Positions 27,701-39,820 of a stretch of DNA of 56,883 nt are shown here, piece after piece. Both the position numbers and the translations under genes were made by a program. The notes beneath the pieces are model-generated. The model saw only the letters and a list, made by a program, of their open reading frames with translations, ran no database searches and was not told the origin of the DNA. Origin of the DNA: Proteromonas lacertae (lineage: Eukaryota). Every line of letters begins with the position of its first letter. Position 1 is the first letter of the stretch. Where the stretch lies: contig NGBS01000040.1 of assembly GCA_002245135.1 (NCBI GenBank), positions 1 to 56,883 of the forward strand, given 5' to 3'.

Positions 27701-29902
27701 CCAAAAAATGATTTATCCAATATTATATTGAAATATGATTTACAATTAACATGGGATAATGATTTAGAGAAAGATATATTACTACCAAAAGAAAAATTGA
27801 AATTCATTTCTGAAGATGTAGAAAAATATATAGTATGTAAATTCTATCCACCTAGAAATCTAGATGAATATACACAGATCGATAATTATTATAAATCAAT
27901 TAAAGATAATGATGATGAGTTAGTGAAAAGAATGGCATTGAAACAGAAAATAGCATATAAATTAAGTAAAAAAGAGATTCAGCTTTATGATAACACTAAA
28001 AATTCATATAACTTCCGTGCAAAAACAGTTACAGCTACAGCTAAAGTTGATACTTTAAATGATCCAAATTTCGAAATAGATTCTAAGAAAGAAGTGTATG
28101 TTTATAATCCTATTGATGGATGTTATTTTGTTTACTATATATTAAATGAAGAAAATTACTTTGATTTGATAATGAATGGAGTATTTATAAAAATATTATT
28201 AGATGGTGAAGAAGATAAAGATAATAATGAAAAAATTGCAGAATCAATAAGAGAATACAGTGAGAAGAAAGAAGGTTACTTTATATACTGTGTAATACAA
28301 AATGAAGCAGTAAAAAGATGTAATAGTCACTTCAAAGTTGATGCTCTATCTGTTCCAGCTAAAGGTGCATCTATTCCTCCATTACCATCAAATCAACAAC
28401 AATCATTTCTTCCAAAAGTGAAAGATTTTGATATATATGTAGGTGCTCGTATGTATCTTATGAGAAAGTGCTTCAAAGATATGTGGGATATTATTTCTAA
28501 TGATAATTTTGCTTTTGATTATCAAAGAAATTATTTGATACTTGGTCATAGCAGAATAGGTAAATCAGTATTAGCTGAAGTTATTAGAGATAAAATTCTA
28601 AAAAATTCTATAAATGTTTATTATAAAGGGAAGTATTGTAATATTCGTTTATCAAAGCGACCATATGTTGTAATTTCTGATGGAGAAGTTATTGGTGAAG
28701 ATGATTATGCTGATGCAAAAATGATAATAGTTATAGATAATGCATATGATGATAAGTGTAAAACATTTCAAAGTAAAAGATGTCCATTGGTGATGTATAT
28801 ACCTCCATTTACAGAAGAAGAAGTGAATGAAGTTGTTTTGTTGAAAAGTCTAAAGCATAAATTACAACTCAACACATTTACTAATTATAATTCTATTAAA
28901 GATAAAGTAATTTTTAATGAAAAGAAATATGCTGAAGAAATTAAAAAATATACTGAAAACTGTACATATAATGGAGGTATTATCGGAAATAATCTTATAA
29001 CTGATATTGATGATGAAATACAGAAAGTGATAAGAGAACATTTAATAGAAATTACTAAAGGTAGATCTAAATCATCATTATCGAAAACAGTATATCAAAA
29101 TGTTTTTATATATGAAACAGATGAAAATGATGTAACAAAATCTGGTAAGCTTAGATTTATATCTGAAAAGGTCAGAGATAAGGTATATGATAATCTGTTT
29201 AGTATTGATACAATGGGAAAATGTATAGAAATGTTAAATGTTTTACTTGATAATTCGGATGAAAGTTTTGCAGGACATTTATATGAGAGAATTATATTAT
29301 TTTTGATGAAGAATTCTGAACAATTTCAACATGATCTAGTAACTAAAATGAGAACATTAAATAATTTAGTTGAATTGAGTGATTATAAGGATAATCCAAC
29401 AGTATTTGTTGCAAAAAAAATCCAATCACATGAAGGATTAAAAACAGAAATTGAAAATTTAAAAGAAGAAAATAACAAAATTACATTTTATGACTTGAGT
29501 TATGATAAAAGTTTTCCTGATATTGATGCTTTGGTTGGACCATGTGGTATTCAAATTACAATTAAAGATAAGCATAAATTTGCACCTCAAATGGTAATGA
29601 TTCTTCAAAATTTATACAAAATTTATAGAAATGGTTATAATGATGTAAAGAATAGTTTTCAGGAAATTAATCTAGCATTAAGATATGGTTATTTTTTAAT
29701 AAGTCCAATTGAAAATCCTACTATTAAAGTGGTTGAAAAAAGAGAAATGAATAAATATCCAGATATATTCCGAAAATTAACAATAGAAGATAAAGAGTTA
29801 GATAAAGATAAAAAAGTTAGAAGAGATTTAGAAGAAAAGGCAAAGGAAGTAGCAAAATCAATAAGAATAACATTTACAGATTTAAAGACATATGTGAAAT
29901 AA
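24734..29902 (+). CDS. Crinkler/RHS-like family copy 3, near-intact (~1710 aa): SPRY-like repeats + NTPase + degenerate REase-like region + NTPase + PD-(D/E)xK-type REase
   Basis: Exon 1 24734-25269 has one extra A near 25137; removing it restores EIKILKIW, like the paralogue's EIKIEKCY. A 32-nt intron 25270-25301 leads in frame into the 1426-aa ORF. Motifs GQPGIGKT/IIIVDT/ISISSPD/YGNIPRQIY, GHSRIGKS/MYIPPFTEEEV, GHLYE...FPDIDALVG..IQITIKDKH. Confidence 0.85.
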
Positions 29903-30189
29903 TTATAGGGATTATATTATTATATTCTATTTACACTATTGATTATTAACTGGGGTTGAATATGGGTTAGGAAAAACACGTCACTTTCGTGTTTTGTGCC
30001 TTACACTCACCAAAACTCCTCAGTAATTCTATGTATCCATTTCATAAAGCACGGTATAACTTAACTAATGTATCGATTTTCTTTGATCAAATTATGATCT
30101 AAAACAAATTTTCCTACTATAACACTCAATCTGAGTTACCAAGGACAATGATAGGATAGGACAAAAGGAGGATATGGCTCCAGAAGCAC

Positions 30190-30538
30190 ATCCTTTTAGG
30201 TAACTCAAAATGTAAAAGAACTAAATTTAGGTTTACCTATAAGTCAAAACCTATATCTTTAGCTTGACCTTTACCTTCCTTATACTAACTATTAGTTGAC
30301 CTCCTATTGAACATGAGTTAACAAGCATATAATCTAACCATAAATACAAAATTAATGTTTTATACATCATCTTTCAAATATTAAACTTGACAGTCGGTCG
30401 ATGCACTTTTTACATTACTATTATTTTGATCTATTTCTCAATGATGACTCACAATAACATATTATTAACATAATATTAAATTAATTATAGAATAAAAAAA
30501 ATAAAAGAAAAAAAACATCAAGCTTGATGGTTTGACTA
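30190..30538 (+). mobile_element. hAT 5' fragment
   Basis: TAACTATTAGTTGACCTCCT...AACATG and GTCGGTCGATGC are colinear with 13364-13483. GTCAAAACCTATA is the reverse complement of the right subterminal word at 14221. Confidence 0.7.
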
Positions 30539-31226
30539 CACGGTAAGAATTTTTTAAGTGTTTTTTTTGACTTTAAAATGATTTTTCTCGATAACCATAA
30601 AGAATTAAATAATAAAAAATTTCAGTAATATGCGTTATACATAGTACTTTACTATAGCATCATTAGTTTTGAAATTACCTCATGTAGGTAATTTGTTTCT
30701 TTTTCAATAATATTAAACATATTGATAAATATACCCATAAATAATGCAACTGTAAAATCTTATAGTTTAATTCTTTTTGTAGAGTGAGAAAACGAGGGTT
30801 AAAGTAGGTAAAATCAGAAAACCAACCCCTGAACTTTTTATGAAATTGGCTTTAATGTCGCTGGTTTTTCTGAAATAGGAAATGAAATGAAATGAAACAT
30901 GGTTTAGATTTGTTTAATTTTTGTAGATTAAAGTTTGATGTATGTCTTGGTAAGAATAAGCGTGATTTATTTTTCGCATGTAATCTTATGTAATTAGTGA
31001 TTTCATGTGCTTATTCAAACAATTTTGTATAACTGAGTAATAAAATAGTGTTATTTTAAGCTAAATCCCTCTAATTAGAGAGATACAATCAATTCTTTTA
31101 TATTCAGCTTATATAGATGCATACCATTAGCATCGTGAGAATAAACACAATTAGACATATAAATAAATACAATTTATCTAAAATATGAAAATTAATTAAT
31201 CTTTACTAAAATAAATCCATTTTACC

Positions 31227-31921
31227 TATATAATAATAATAATAATATACATTTTATATAGATAATACAACTATAATCCTCCAATCCTAATCAATTACAT
31301 AATTTAATTAAAGTATACTTCTAGTTGGGATGATGTACGAGATACTTTTCACATTAAACATCGATTTTGTAGTGTGCATTCTCTCCTTAGAAACATTGAA
31401 TCATATGTGGATGTATTGCCTATCCAATTGATAAATATACTAAAAATACTTGTCATATCGTCTTGTACTGTGGCAGTTCTAGCTATTAATTCTGCTGTTG
31501 GATGTTGTATTTGCATGTCATTAACCAACACTTCACAATCCTTTGTAAATTTTATTATAACAACTCACCAACTATATATATAATAATAATAATATACATT
31601 TTATATAGATAATACAACTATAATCCTCCAATCCTAATCAAATACATAATTTAATTAAAGTATACTTCTAGTTGGAATGATGTACGAGATACTTTTCACA
31701 TTAAACATCGATTTTGTAGTGTGCATTCTCTCCTTAGAAACATTGAATCATATGTGGATGTATTGCCTATCCAATTGATAAATATACTAAAAATACTTGT
31801 CATATCGTCTTGTACTGTGGCAGTTCTAGCTATTAATTCTGCTGTTGGATGTTGTATTTGCATGTCATTAACCAACACTTCACAATCCTTTGTAAATTTT
31901 ATTATAACAACTCCTCACCAA
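31227..31921. repeat. Near-perfect tandem duplication, 347-bp unit x2
   Basis: Identical track ORFs offset by 347 nt (31349/31696 and 31374/31721). Confidence 0.95.
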
Positions 31922-33332
31922 TTAATATCATAATCGTTCACTTTGGACCTACATGTATTCCATAATACGTAAATAATACCAAGATTAGTTTTCAAAACGC
32001 CTTGAATACCAATTGCTACACTTATATTGACTGACTAAAGCTTTTATCTTTTCAATAGTCTTAGCTGTTGGATTTAAAAAAGCTAAATACATTTTTAAAA
32101 TTAAAAATTAGATCAATTGGCTTGATCTTTTCTCAAACAAAAGTTAGATTTTATTTTTAAAACAAATATATTGGCTAATGCATAATACCTCAAACTTTTC
32201 TCAAGTTTGAATTATTAATAAATTCATTAATATTTTATGAATATTCTAGATATTTTTAAAAGTAAGTATGAAAGGATTGCAGATAGCAATCTATTCTATA
32301 GTAGTGACAATATTTTGATAGTTGAAAACGGCTGTATAGATTATAGCAGATTTGTTGACAAGTTTGGTAGTATCAAAGAAATAACAGACTTTAATTCAAT
32401 AGATGAAATGATTAATCTGTACAAAGATAGAGATATATATTTCCTTACAAATAGTAGTTATTTTGTTTTAATGCTTTTACATTATCACGTTTTTATCATA
32501 GATAGTGAATTAAATATTATTTCTACTTCTGTAATAAAGTATTACATTCGATTAGATTTATATTACAATATTTATAATTATTCAAACTCAAGCAAGCTTG
32601 ATGAGTTTATATTTATTTTAAATATTATATTCAACACCTATAATAACTTCTATTTATCCCTTGATTTGTACAATTCATTAATTGATGTGTATAATAATAT
32701 TAAAAAAGCTAAAAGAACTTTTATTAATAATATAAGCTATGTATTATCTGTTTTATCAAAACTAAACACTACAGTAATATATTATTGTAATAATGATGAT
32801 ACTAATAATATTTTCATTCAAAACATAAATAAATTATACTATCCACAAACCTACAATATTAACGCTGATAAATACCATTTAAATTTTAATTGTATTAATA
32901 ATAATTATATCCAAATTGATATTATCAAATATAATTGTAACAATTTCTCTAGTTTAAAAAGTATAAATCCGATTATATTTAATAAAAGAATGGAAAAGAA
33001 GGAAAAGAAAGTGACTTTCAATGTTCTTCATACAATATTAGATAAATATATAATGATTCCTTTCCCTTATTACAACAGAAAAGTTAAAGTAATAAAAGTA
33101 TTAAACAGTTACAGAAAAATGATAAAAGGGAAAACAGATAAACTAACTTATCTTGAAAAACTCCAATATTTGCAAGATAAACATAAACTTGATAAAATAA
33201 CAAACAAAAGTAATGGATATATTATATACTATGACAATGATAAATTTCTATCTATCAATGATTTCGATCTACATAATATTACATCATCAGTGATTAATAA
33301 TACTTACAATTTTGCTGTTAATTTTAAAATTA

Positions 33333-33610
33333 ATTTATCAAATCCTATTTCTGGTTTATCAAATCCTATTTCTGGTTTATCAAATCCTATTTCTGGTTTA
33401 TCAAATCCTAATTCTGATTTATCAAATCTTAATTCTAATTTATCAAATCCTATTTCTGGTTTATCAAATCCTAATTCTAATTTATCAAATCTTAATTCTA
33501 ATTTATCAAATCCTATTTCTGGTTTATCAAATCCTAATTCTGATTTATCTAATCTTAATTCTAATTTATCAAATCTTAATTCTAATTTATCAAATCCTAA
33601 TTCTGGTTTA
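33333..33610 (+). repeat. 21-bp coding minisatellite (~13 units; LSNPISG/LSNLNSN)
   Basis: Tandem variants of TTATCAAATCCTATTTCTGGT. Confidence 0.95.
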
Positions 33611-33778
33611 TTAAATAGCTATATGGAGGAAGAAGAAGATGATGATATAGTATATTCATCTAATATTGAGTCTGAAAATCCTAGTGACAAGGAAGAGTAT
33701 TATGATTATGCTATCGATGAGGAAGAATATTATTATCCTATAAATTATAATGCAGAAGAAACTCCACTGAATGACAGT

Positions 33779-34417
33779 TGTTGTTCCCCGTATGGCGGAA
33801 ATCCCCGTATGGCGGAACTCTATATTGCAGAATGATTCAATCAAAACTAATATGATATTCATGATGTTCGGAGTTAGTTATTAACAAATATATAGTTAGT
33901 TTGTCATATGACCTACATCTGCGATATACTTTTTTATGAACTTCATTATTATCAATATTAAACTAATTTTTGTATATTTTCTATTATAATGTATCAGTCA
34001 CTACTACAGTCTAAAATACATTATCTGATATGAATAGAATTCACTATTTTTAATGTTAAGGAGGTTAAAAAAGAAAAAAGAAAAAATAAGTTCAAGCCTC
34101 GCTCAAGCCTGCTCTTTAATTTCCTTTTTTACTACCTTAACATTAAAATTATTGTATTCTATTCATATCAGATAATGTATTTTAGACTGTAGTAGTGACT
34201 GATACATTAAAATAGAAAATATACAAAAATTAGTTTAATATTGATAATAATGAAGTTCATAAAAAAGTATATCACAGATGTAGGTCATATGACAAACTAA
34301 CTATATATTTGTTAATAACTAACTCCGAACATCATGAATATCATATTAGTTTTGATTGAATCATTCTGCAATATAGAGTTCCGCCATACGGGGATTTCCG
34401 CCATACGGGGAACAACA
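33779..34417. mobile_element. Foldback MITE, 639 bp, ~285-bp TIRs, TGT...ACA termini, 5-bp TSD (Ginger/TDD-like)
   Basis: TGTTGTTCCCCGTATGGCGGAA ... TTCCGCCATACGGGGAACAACA. TSD ACAGT at 33774-33778 and 34418-34422. The arms are nearly perfect complements. Confidence 0.92.
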
Positions 34418-36404
34418 ACAGTGATAAATTCTCCATCTATCTAATGGAATTCTTTGTGGCTAATGGAATATCATTAACAAAAAGTGATGAGTTTTTAAAC
34501 AAAATAGATACTATTGGTTGTATTAACAATTTGAATATTAAAAAAACAACAAAAAGTTTACGAAATCATGTTTACTATATAATTAATTATCAAGAACCAA
34601 ATGGTTATATATCTATTAAAAAAAGCATAGAATATATTCTTGAAAGAAATATTCTTGAATTTATACCACCTTCAACAAATGCTTATCATGACATCTACAC
34701 ATCAGACAACTATAAAAATATATATAATAAAGATATCCATAAACAATATACTCATATACCATTACAAATCTCATATGATGGCGTTGAAATAGCCAAATTC
34801 GCATCAATAAAAAGATCCGTAAATATCCTTTCATATAAATTCATGAATTGCTTAAATGATAGTTCAATGATACAGCCTATATCTGTCACAGATAAATCTG
34901 AAAATATAGATGAAATAATTAATGAACTAATTGAAGACTTAAATGATCTTTACATTAATGGTATAGCTATTAATAATAAAATGTATAACATATACCTAGT
35001 AAGTATAGTAGCTGATATGCCAGCCACTATACAATTGTTGAAGTTGCATAACTATATTTCATCTAATTTTTATTGCAGATCTTGTAATTGCCATACTAGA
35101 ATTATAGATAATAAAAGAGTCAAACATTCTATACGAGGACTTGACCTACAATATAAGGACTATTATAATGACATATACAAGTACTCTGAAACAATCTCCT
35201 GGAAAGTCTTTACCGATGATGATTTTACTAATTTCTTATTAAACTCTAACAGCAAAATTAAAAACTATACATTATCCCCCTTTTTTACATTAAAATATTT
35301 TACAATTAATATTATCGGATATGATGCAATGCATACAATACGAAACAGCATCTATCCATTCTATATGGATGTTATAAAATATTTATATACTATTTATGAT
35401 GAAAAAAAATTTAAATTTACCTATTCTTTATCATCTTCTACCTATAAAGATATTAATATCAAAAATATTGGAATATATAATATTATTCAACAAAATTTCC
35501 TACTCTTAAACATTCTACCATTGTTATTATTATCAGCTTTGAAGATACCTAACATAAATAAAGATATATACCATTCCTTATTTGAACTCATTGATATAAT
35601 AAACCATTGTTTGTATTATGATAAATCAACATTATCACCCATAGAATTAAAAAAGAAATTAATTTACCACTTGCTGGTGTTGGAAACTAATTATTATTTC
35701 ACACCTTCAATCCACAGCCTTGTGCATATTGTGGATTACATGTTGTGTATTGGACCTCTCGCCCATCACAGTACTTCAGTATATGAGCGTTCCTATAAGA
35801 TAGTAAAAAAATTATCATACTCACCTAGATTCCTAAAGAAGTCTATATCTAATGGTATATCCTTCATCAATAAACTGCATATATTTAATTATAAAAACAA
35901 AGAAAGAAAAAAATATAATTTAATACCAAATAAGAGCAAATCAATAAAAGATTTGTATAACTCAATAGAGATTAACAGTTATTCCATAGTAGCATACCAT
36001 CATGACAACTTAATTCTCTTTGGTTTAATTCAGTCTATAGAAAACAATATAATAAAAATAAAACCAATAAAAGTTGAAACAATAAACTTAAAAATTTATA
36101 GAATTATAAGTATTGAAGATATAGAAATAGATATAGATATAAATATAATAAATATATATATAAATTTATACCATGATGATGATTACTACATCTTTATAAC
36201 TGAATTCTGTGACTATTCTAACCTAATATAGTATATTAATGAATAATTAGCTTTATTTGTTTATTTTGGTAAAAATTTTGGCATAAATTTGGGGTGTGGT
36301 GTTGTTTTGGGGGTTATTTGGGGATATGGTTAGTTTTTTCGGTGTTTGGGTCAAGTTTTGAGGATTTGATGTTTTCAAAAAATGACCGTTTCATAACTTA
36401 TACT

Positions 36405-37500
36405 ACACATGACTTACTTCTAATAGACTGTATTGAATATTATCTTTCTTTAATTCATTCTCTAATTTTTCAATCTCACTTATTAAACCACTTACTATAT
36501 TCAGTTTTTGACCATTATAACATCCAATCTCTATACCATTATATTTATTTATATATTCTAACACACTTTCTCATTTTCTAAAAATATAGCTAATATTCCT
36601 CCTTTATTATGTTCTAAACTACTCATCAATTTACCTCTTGTTGCTATTAATTTCAATCCATCTTCTAAACTCATTATTCCACTTACGTCTCCAGCTACAT
36701 ATTTATACTATGAATACACACGAGTCTTCCATTACTTAACCACATCTTATATAAACTATATTCGATACTGAATAAACAGGGTTGAGTGTATAGTTCTAAT
36801 AGATTTGGAGATGAATAGGAGGATAATATCTTATTACATTCATCCATATTTTCTTTAAATATTGGTTGAGTTTCATATAGTTCTCTAATATAACATAGGC
36901 ATTTGTTCCACTAAATCCAAATGAACTTACACCAATACAATATTTATTATCTGTTTCTGGTAATGGTAAATGTTTTGTTGGAATAGCTATCTTTAAATCA
37001 TTCAAGTTAAAGTGATGATTTTCTTATTCTCTAACATAAATATTGATTTAATCAAACTTGCAATACCTGAAGCTGATTCTAAATGTGAAATATTTGTTTT
37101 TACAACACCAACATATAATTTGAGCTTCAATATAACTTTTATCACTTACTTTTAGATTAGCATTTCTTAATGCACTTCGAATTACATTTCTAATTACTTC
37201 GACCATCTTAATTAATAATCTACTATCTTTTTTATTGTTGGATAATCATATGGAATTGTGGAAGATACACTATATTGAATAATTCTGATACAATTTATAT
37301 CTCCATATATTCAAAATACTACACCAATCTATATTATGCTTAACACCTAAATATATTACCATAAGGTTTATTTACTAACATTTACTAGTTATGTTTATAA
37401 ATAATTGATTCGTTGTAAATCCACTTGTTATTATTACATTTGTGGATTAAATGTTAAGAAACATATGCAACTGTCGAAATCCACTATCTACATCCATCAC
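36405..37500 (-). pseudogene. Type I polyketide/fatty-acid synthase relic (ACP-like, KS and AT fragments)
   Basis: STIPYDYPTI, SALRNANL..SYIEA, VKTNISHLE*ASGIASLIK, GVSSFGFSGTNAYVILE, TQPCLF, SGIMSLEDGLKLIATRGKLM, YNGQKLNIVSG...LEVSH. Large deletions separate the motifs. Confidence 0.85.
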
Positions 37501-38149
37501 ATATCTTCTTATTTCTATTGTAAAACCTCCAAATACTCTATCTTCACACCAATGTATTTGACCTATTATTATGATAGAAAATAAAAGTACAGCCATCATC
37601 ATCTATTTTAGGTAATTATGACATTACCAAATACATTTGTCTTTTGTATCACTTTTTCATTTTTTATTTATCCAATTATCTTCTTGTGTACATTATATTC
37701 AGTATAAATATTTTTGTATATCAATTTTAAATGATTTTTTTTACTTACAATTGCTTATGCTGAAGAGTTTTAATTACTATTTTTTTTCAATTTTATAATT
37801 ATTATGATTATAACATTATTTAGCCTATATTCATGAATTTAATGATTAAATATGCATATTGCTGTGAATAAGATTTATTGACTTTCAGCATTCATATGTA
37901 CTTTTTGTACGTGATAGATACATGTTAGTTTGTTGTGTGATGTACCATATGTTGTATATTTTGTATGACTGCATATAATTAGTAACATTAAACTATTAAG
38001 ATAGTGCATTTGAAAATAAGACTTAGTTCGAAGAACATATAATGGTTTTAAGTATGTATTACTTCTGAATATGTACATATGTTATGGAATATGCAGTTTA
38101 ATTGTCTATATCATCTAAATTATAAATGCATCAAAAATTTATTTTTGAT

Positions 38150-39157
38150 TTATATAGCAAAATACAAACTATAACATGAACTCAATACTTATACAAAATA
38201 TTAACTTTTGATTCAAACTCTATCATAACAAAAAAATGAAAAGAAAAAGGTGTTAAATTAAAAAAGTTTCAAGCCAGTTTGAGTGAAGTATGTAAGTCCT
38301 ATTTAAATTCGAGTCAAACTTTCTTATCGTGTAAGTAAATCTTTAATTTTTAAGATTTAGATCATTTAGATGTATAATTACTCAATATTTATAAGACTTT
38401 ATAATATATGAAACTATAGGGATATCATATTACCCCTTATCGCATCAAAAGAAGTTGTGGATTTATTCAATAGCGGCATGTTAGAGAAGTTTTATTTTAA
38501 CTACTTCAAAATGTTTTGGAAAACGTGATTAAAATAAAATATTCAGATTATTACATATGGTAAAAGCCAAAGTCAATTCAGATTCTGTCAACAAAGATCT
38601 ATGTAAATTAATAACCTTCAATGCAATCAGTACCACAATATTAGACTCACCATAATTTAGAAGGTTTTGCTTCAAACTAGGATATAGTATAACTCGAAGA
38701 GAGTTTTATAATGATTATTTATTTTCAGAAACTGAGAAAGTAAGAGACTTATTGAAGACAAATTATTAATATTCAGAAAAAGAGATTTATTATTATAATT
38801 ACATTTATATTTGTTTTTTAGAGATATTTATCAATATAAATTAATCATTAAAATAACAAGTTGTTTATAAATATGTTAAATATCACTATTGAGTAGTTTG
38901 TAGATGAATTTTAATATATCAAAATAGATATTTATATAATTTCAACCAATCTTAGTCATAACTATAGTAACTAAAGTAAAACAAGAAGCAGGAATAATAT
39001 TTTAAATAGTATGGTAGTTTGTATAAAACAAATGTTACTCAGTAAGTAATTAAAATAGATTTTAACAAAATAATGCTCGAGGTTTGACAGACCAACGGTC
39101 AAAGCTAGATTATAGGTTTTACCTATAACCTATAGGTTACCTATTTATACAACCTTG
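38150..39157 (+). mobile_element. Degraded hAT element with transposase remnant and right TIR
   Basis: NAISTTILDSP*FRRFCFKLGYSITRREF remnant. The subterminal region is similar to 14150-14267 and ends ATACAACCTTG at 39157. Confidence 0.75.
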
Positions 39158-39159
39158 CT

Positions 39160-39450
39160 TTGTTGGGCAAGAACGTCTACGACGGAACCTTAAAGAGTAA
39201 TCTTGTAGGGAGGAATAGCTCGTTGGACATGGGGTTTGATCATTGATTTGACTGTTTTCTTATAAATAAAACATTTACTTCTAGAGAATATATTTACTGG
39301 CCAAATTTTGGTCTATCACTATTAACTTCATAATAAGAATCAGTTCGAGTCATATACTGAGTTGAATTTAGAATCAGTTCCTTCTTTACAAAAATGACCT
39401 TTTAGACAAATATCATATATTGAAGTTCCTTCTTAATAAAACCAAACCCT
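39160..39450 (-). pseudogene. Second GCC2/GCC3-like Cys-rich fragment
   Basis: EGTSIYDICLKGHFCKEGT and DQTPCPTSY. Confidence 0.45.
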
Positions 39451-39590
39451 AACTTTCGGCACCTCTGGGTAGAAATGAGGGATTAATGTATTTAACGCAT
39501 TTGAATCACTCCAATTACTGTTAGTTGGACTTCCTAATGCACTGTATATTTTATATATTTGATCTGCTTTACTATAACCAGAAAATTAGA
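39450..39590 (-). pseudogene. CMGC (MAK/ICK- or CDK-like) protein kinase fragment, subdomain IX-X
   Basis: FSGYSKADQIYKIYSALGSPTNSNWSD resembles FPGxSExDQIxKIxxVLGTP...W. Confidence 0.65.
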
Positions 39591-39820
39591 GACATAATAT
39601 AAATAATTTATCATATTCTATAACTTTCTTTCACTTTTTCTAACAACCGAGAAATTATAACACACAAGTAAAAGAAATATTTAATAGAGGGAATAAGAAG
39701 GATCTGACACTAGTATTATTCTGACTGTAATTCAAGTTGCATTTCTAATCAGTATATATTTTTGTTTATTAAATCAAGCAATATTCATATTTTCTATTTG
39801 TAGTTTAATTTATAAGAATA

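Larger units (their letters stand above)
32237..36231 (+). mobile_element. CACTA/EnSpm (CMC)-type transposase gene (~1116 aa reconstructed), interrupted by a MITE
   Basis: LQISYDG, SIVADMPA, CRSC, GYDAMH, HSLVHIVD...GPL...YERSY. Removing the MITE and one TSD gives the in-frame join PLNDS|DKFSIYLMEF between the 532-aa and 595-aa ORFs. Element termini were not securely found (candidate CACGGTAAG at 30539). Confidence 0.8.

Noticed and set aside
33333..33610. CRISPR-like array
   Set aside because: The units are contiguous with no unique spacers, and the context is eukaryotic.
33312..33614. 100-aa hydrophobic ORF (ILFLVYQ repeats)
   Set aside because: It is an alternate-frame reading of the 21-bp minisatellite.
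37875..38078. ORF with a CxxH word resembling MULE/hAT transposases
   Set aside because: One short motif with no supporting context.
29950..39157. One giant hAT element carrying the CACTA gene and PKS as cargo
   Set aside because: There is no convincing left TIR or matching 8-bp TSD, and the 38150-39157 remnant has its own 5'-like sequence, so these are separate copies.
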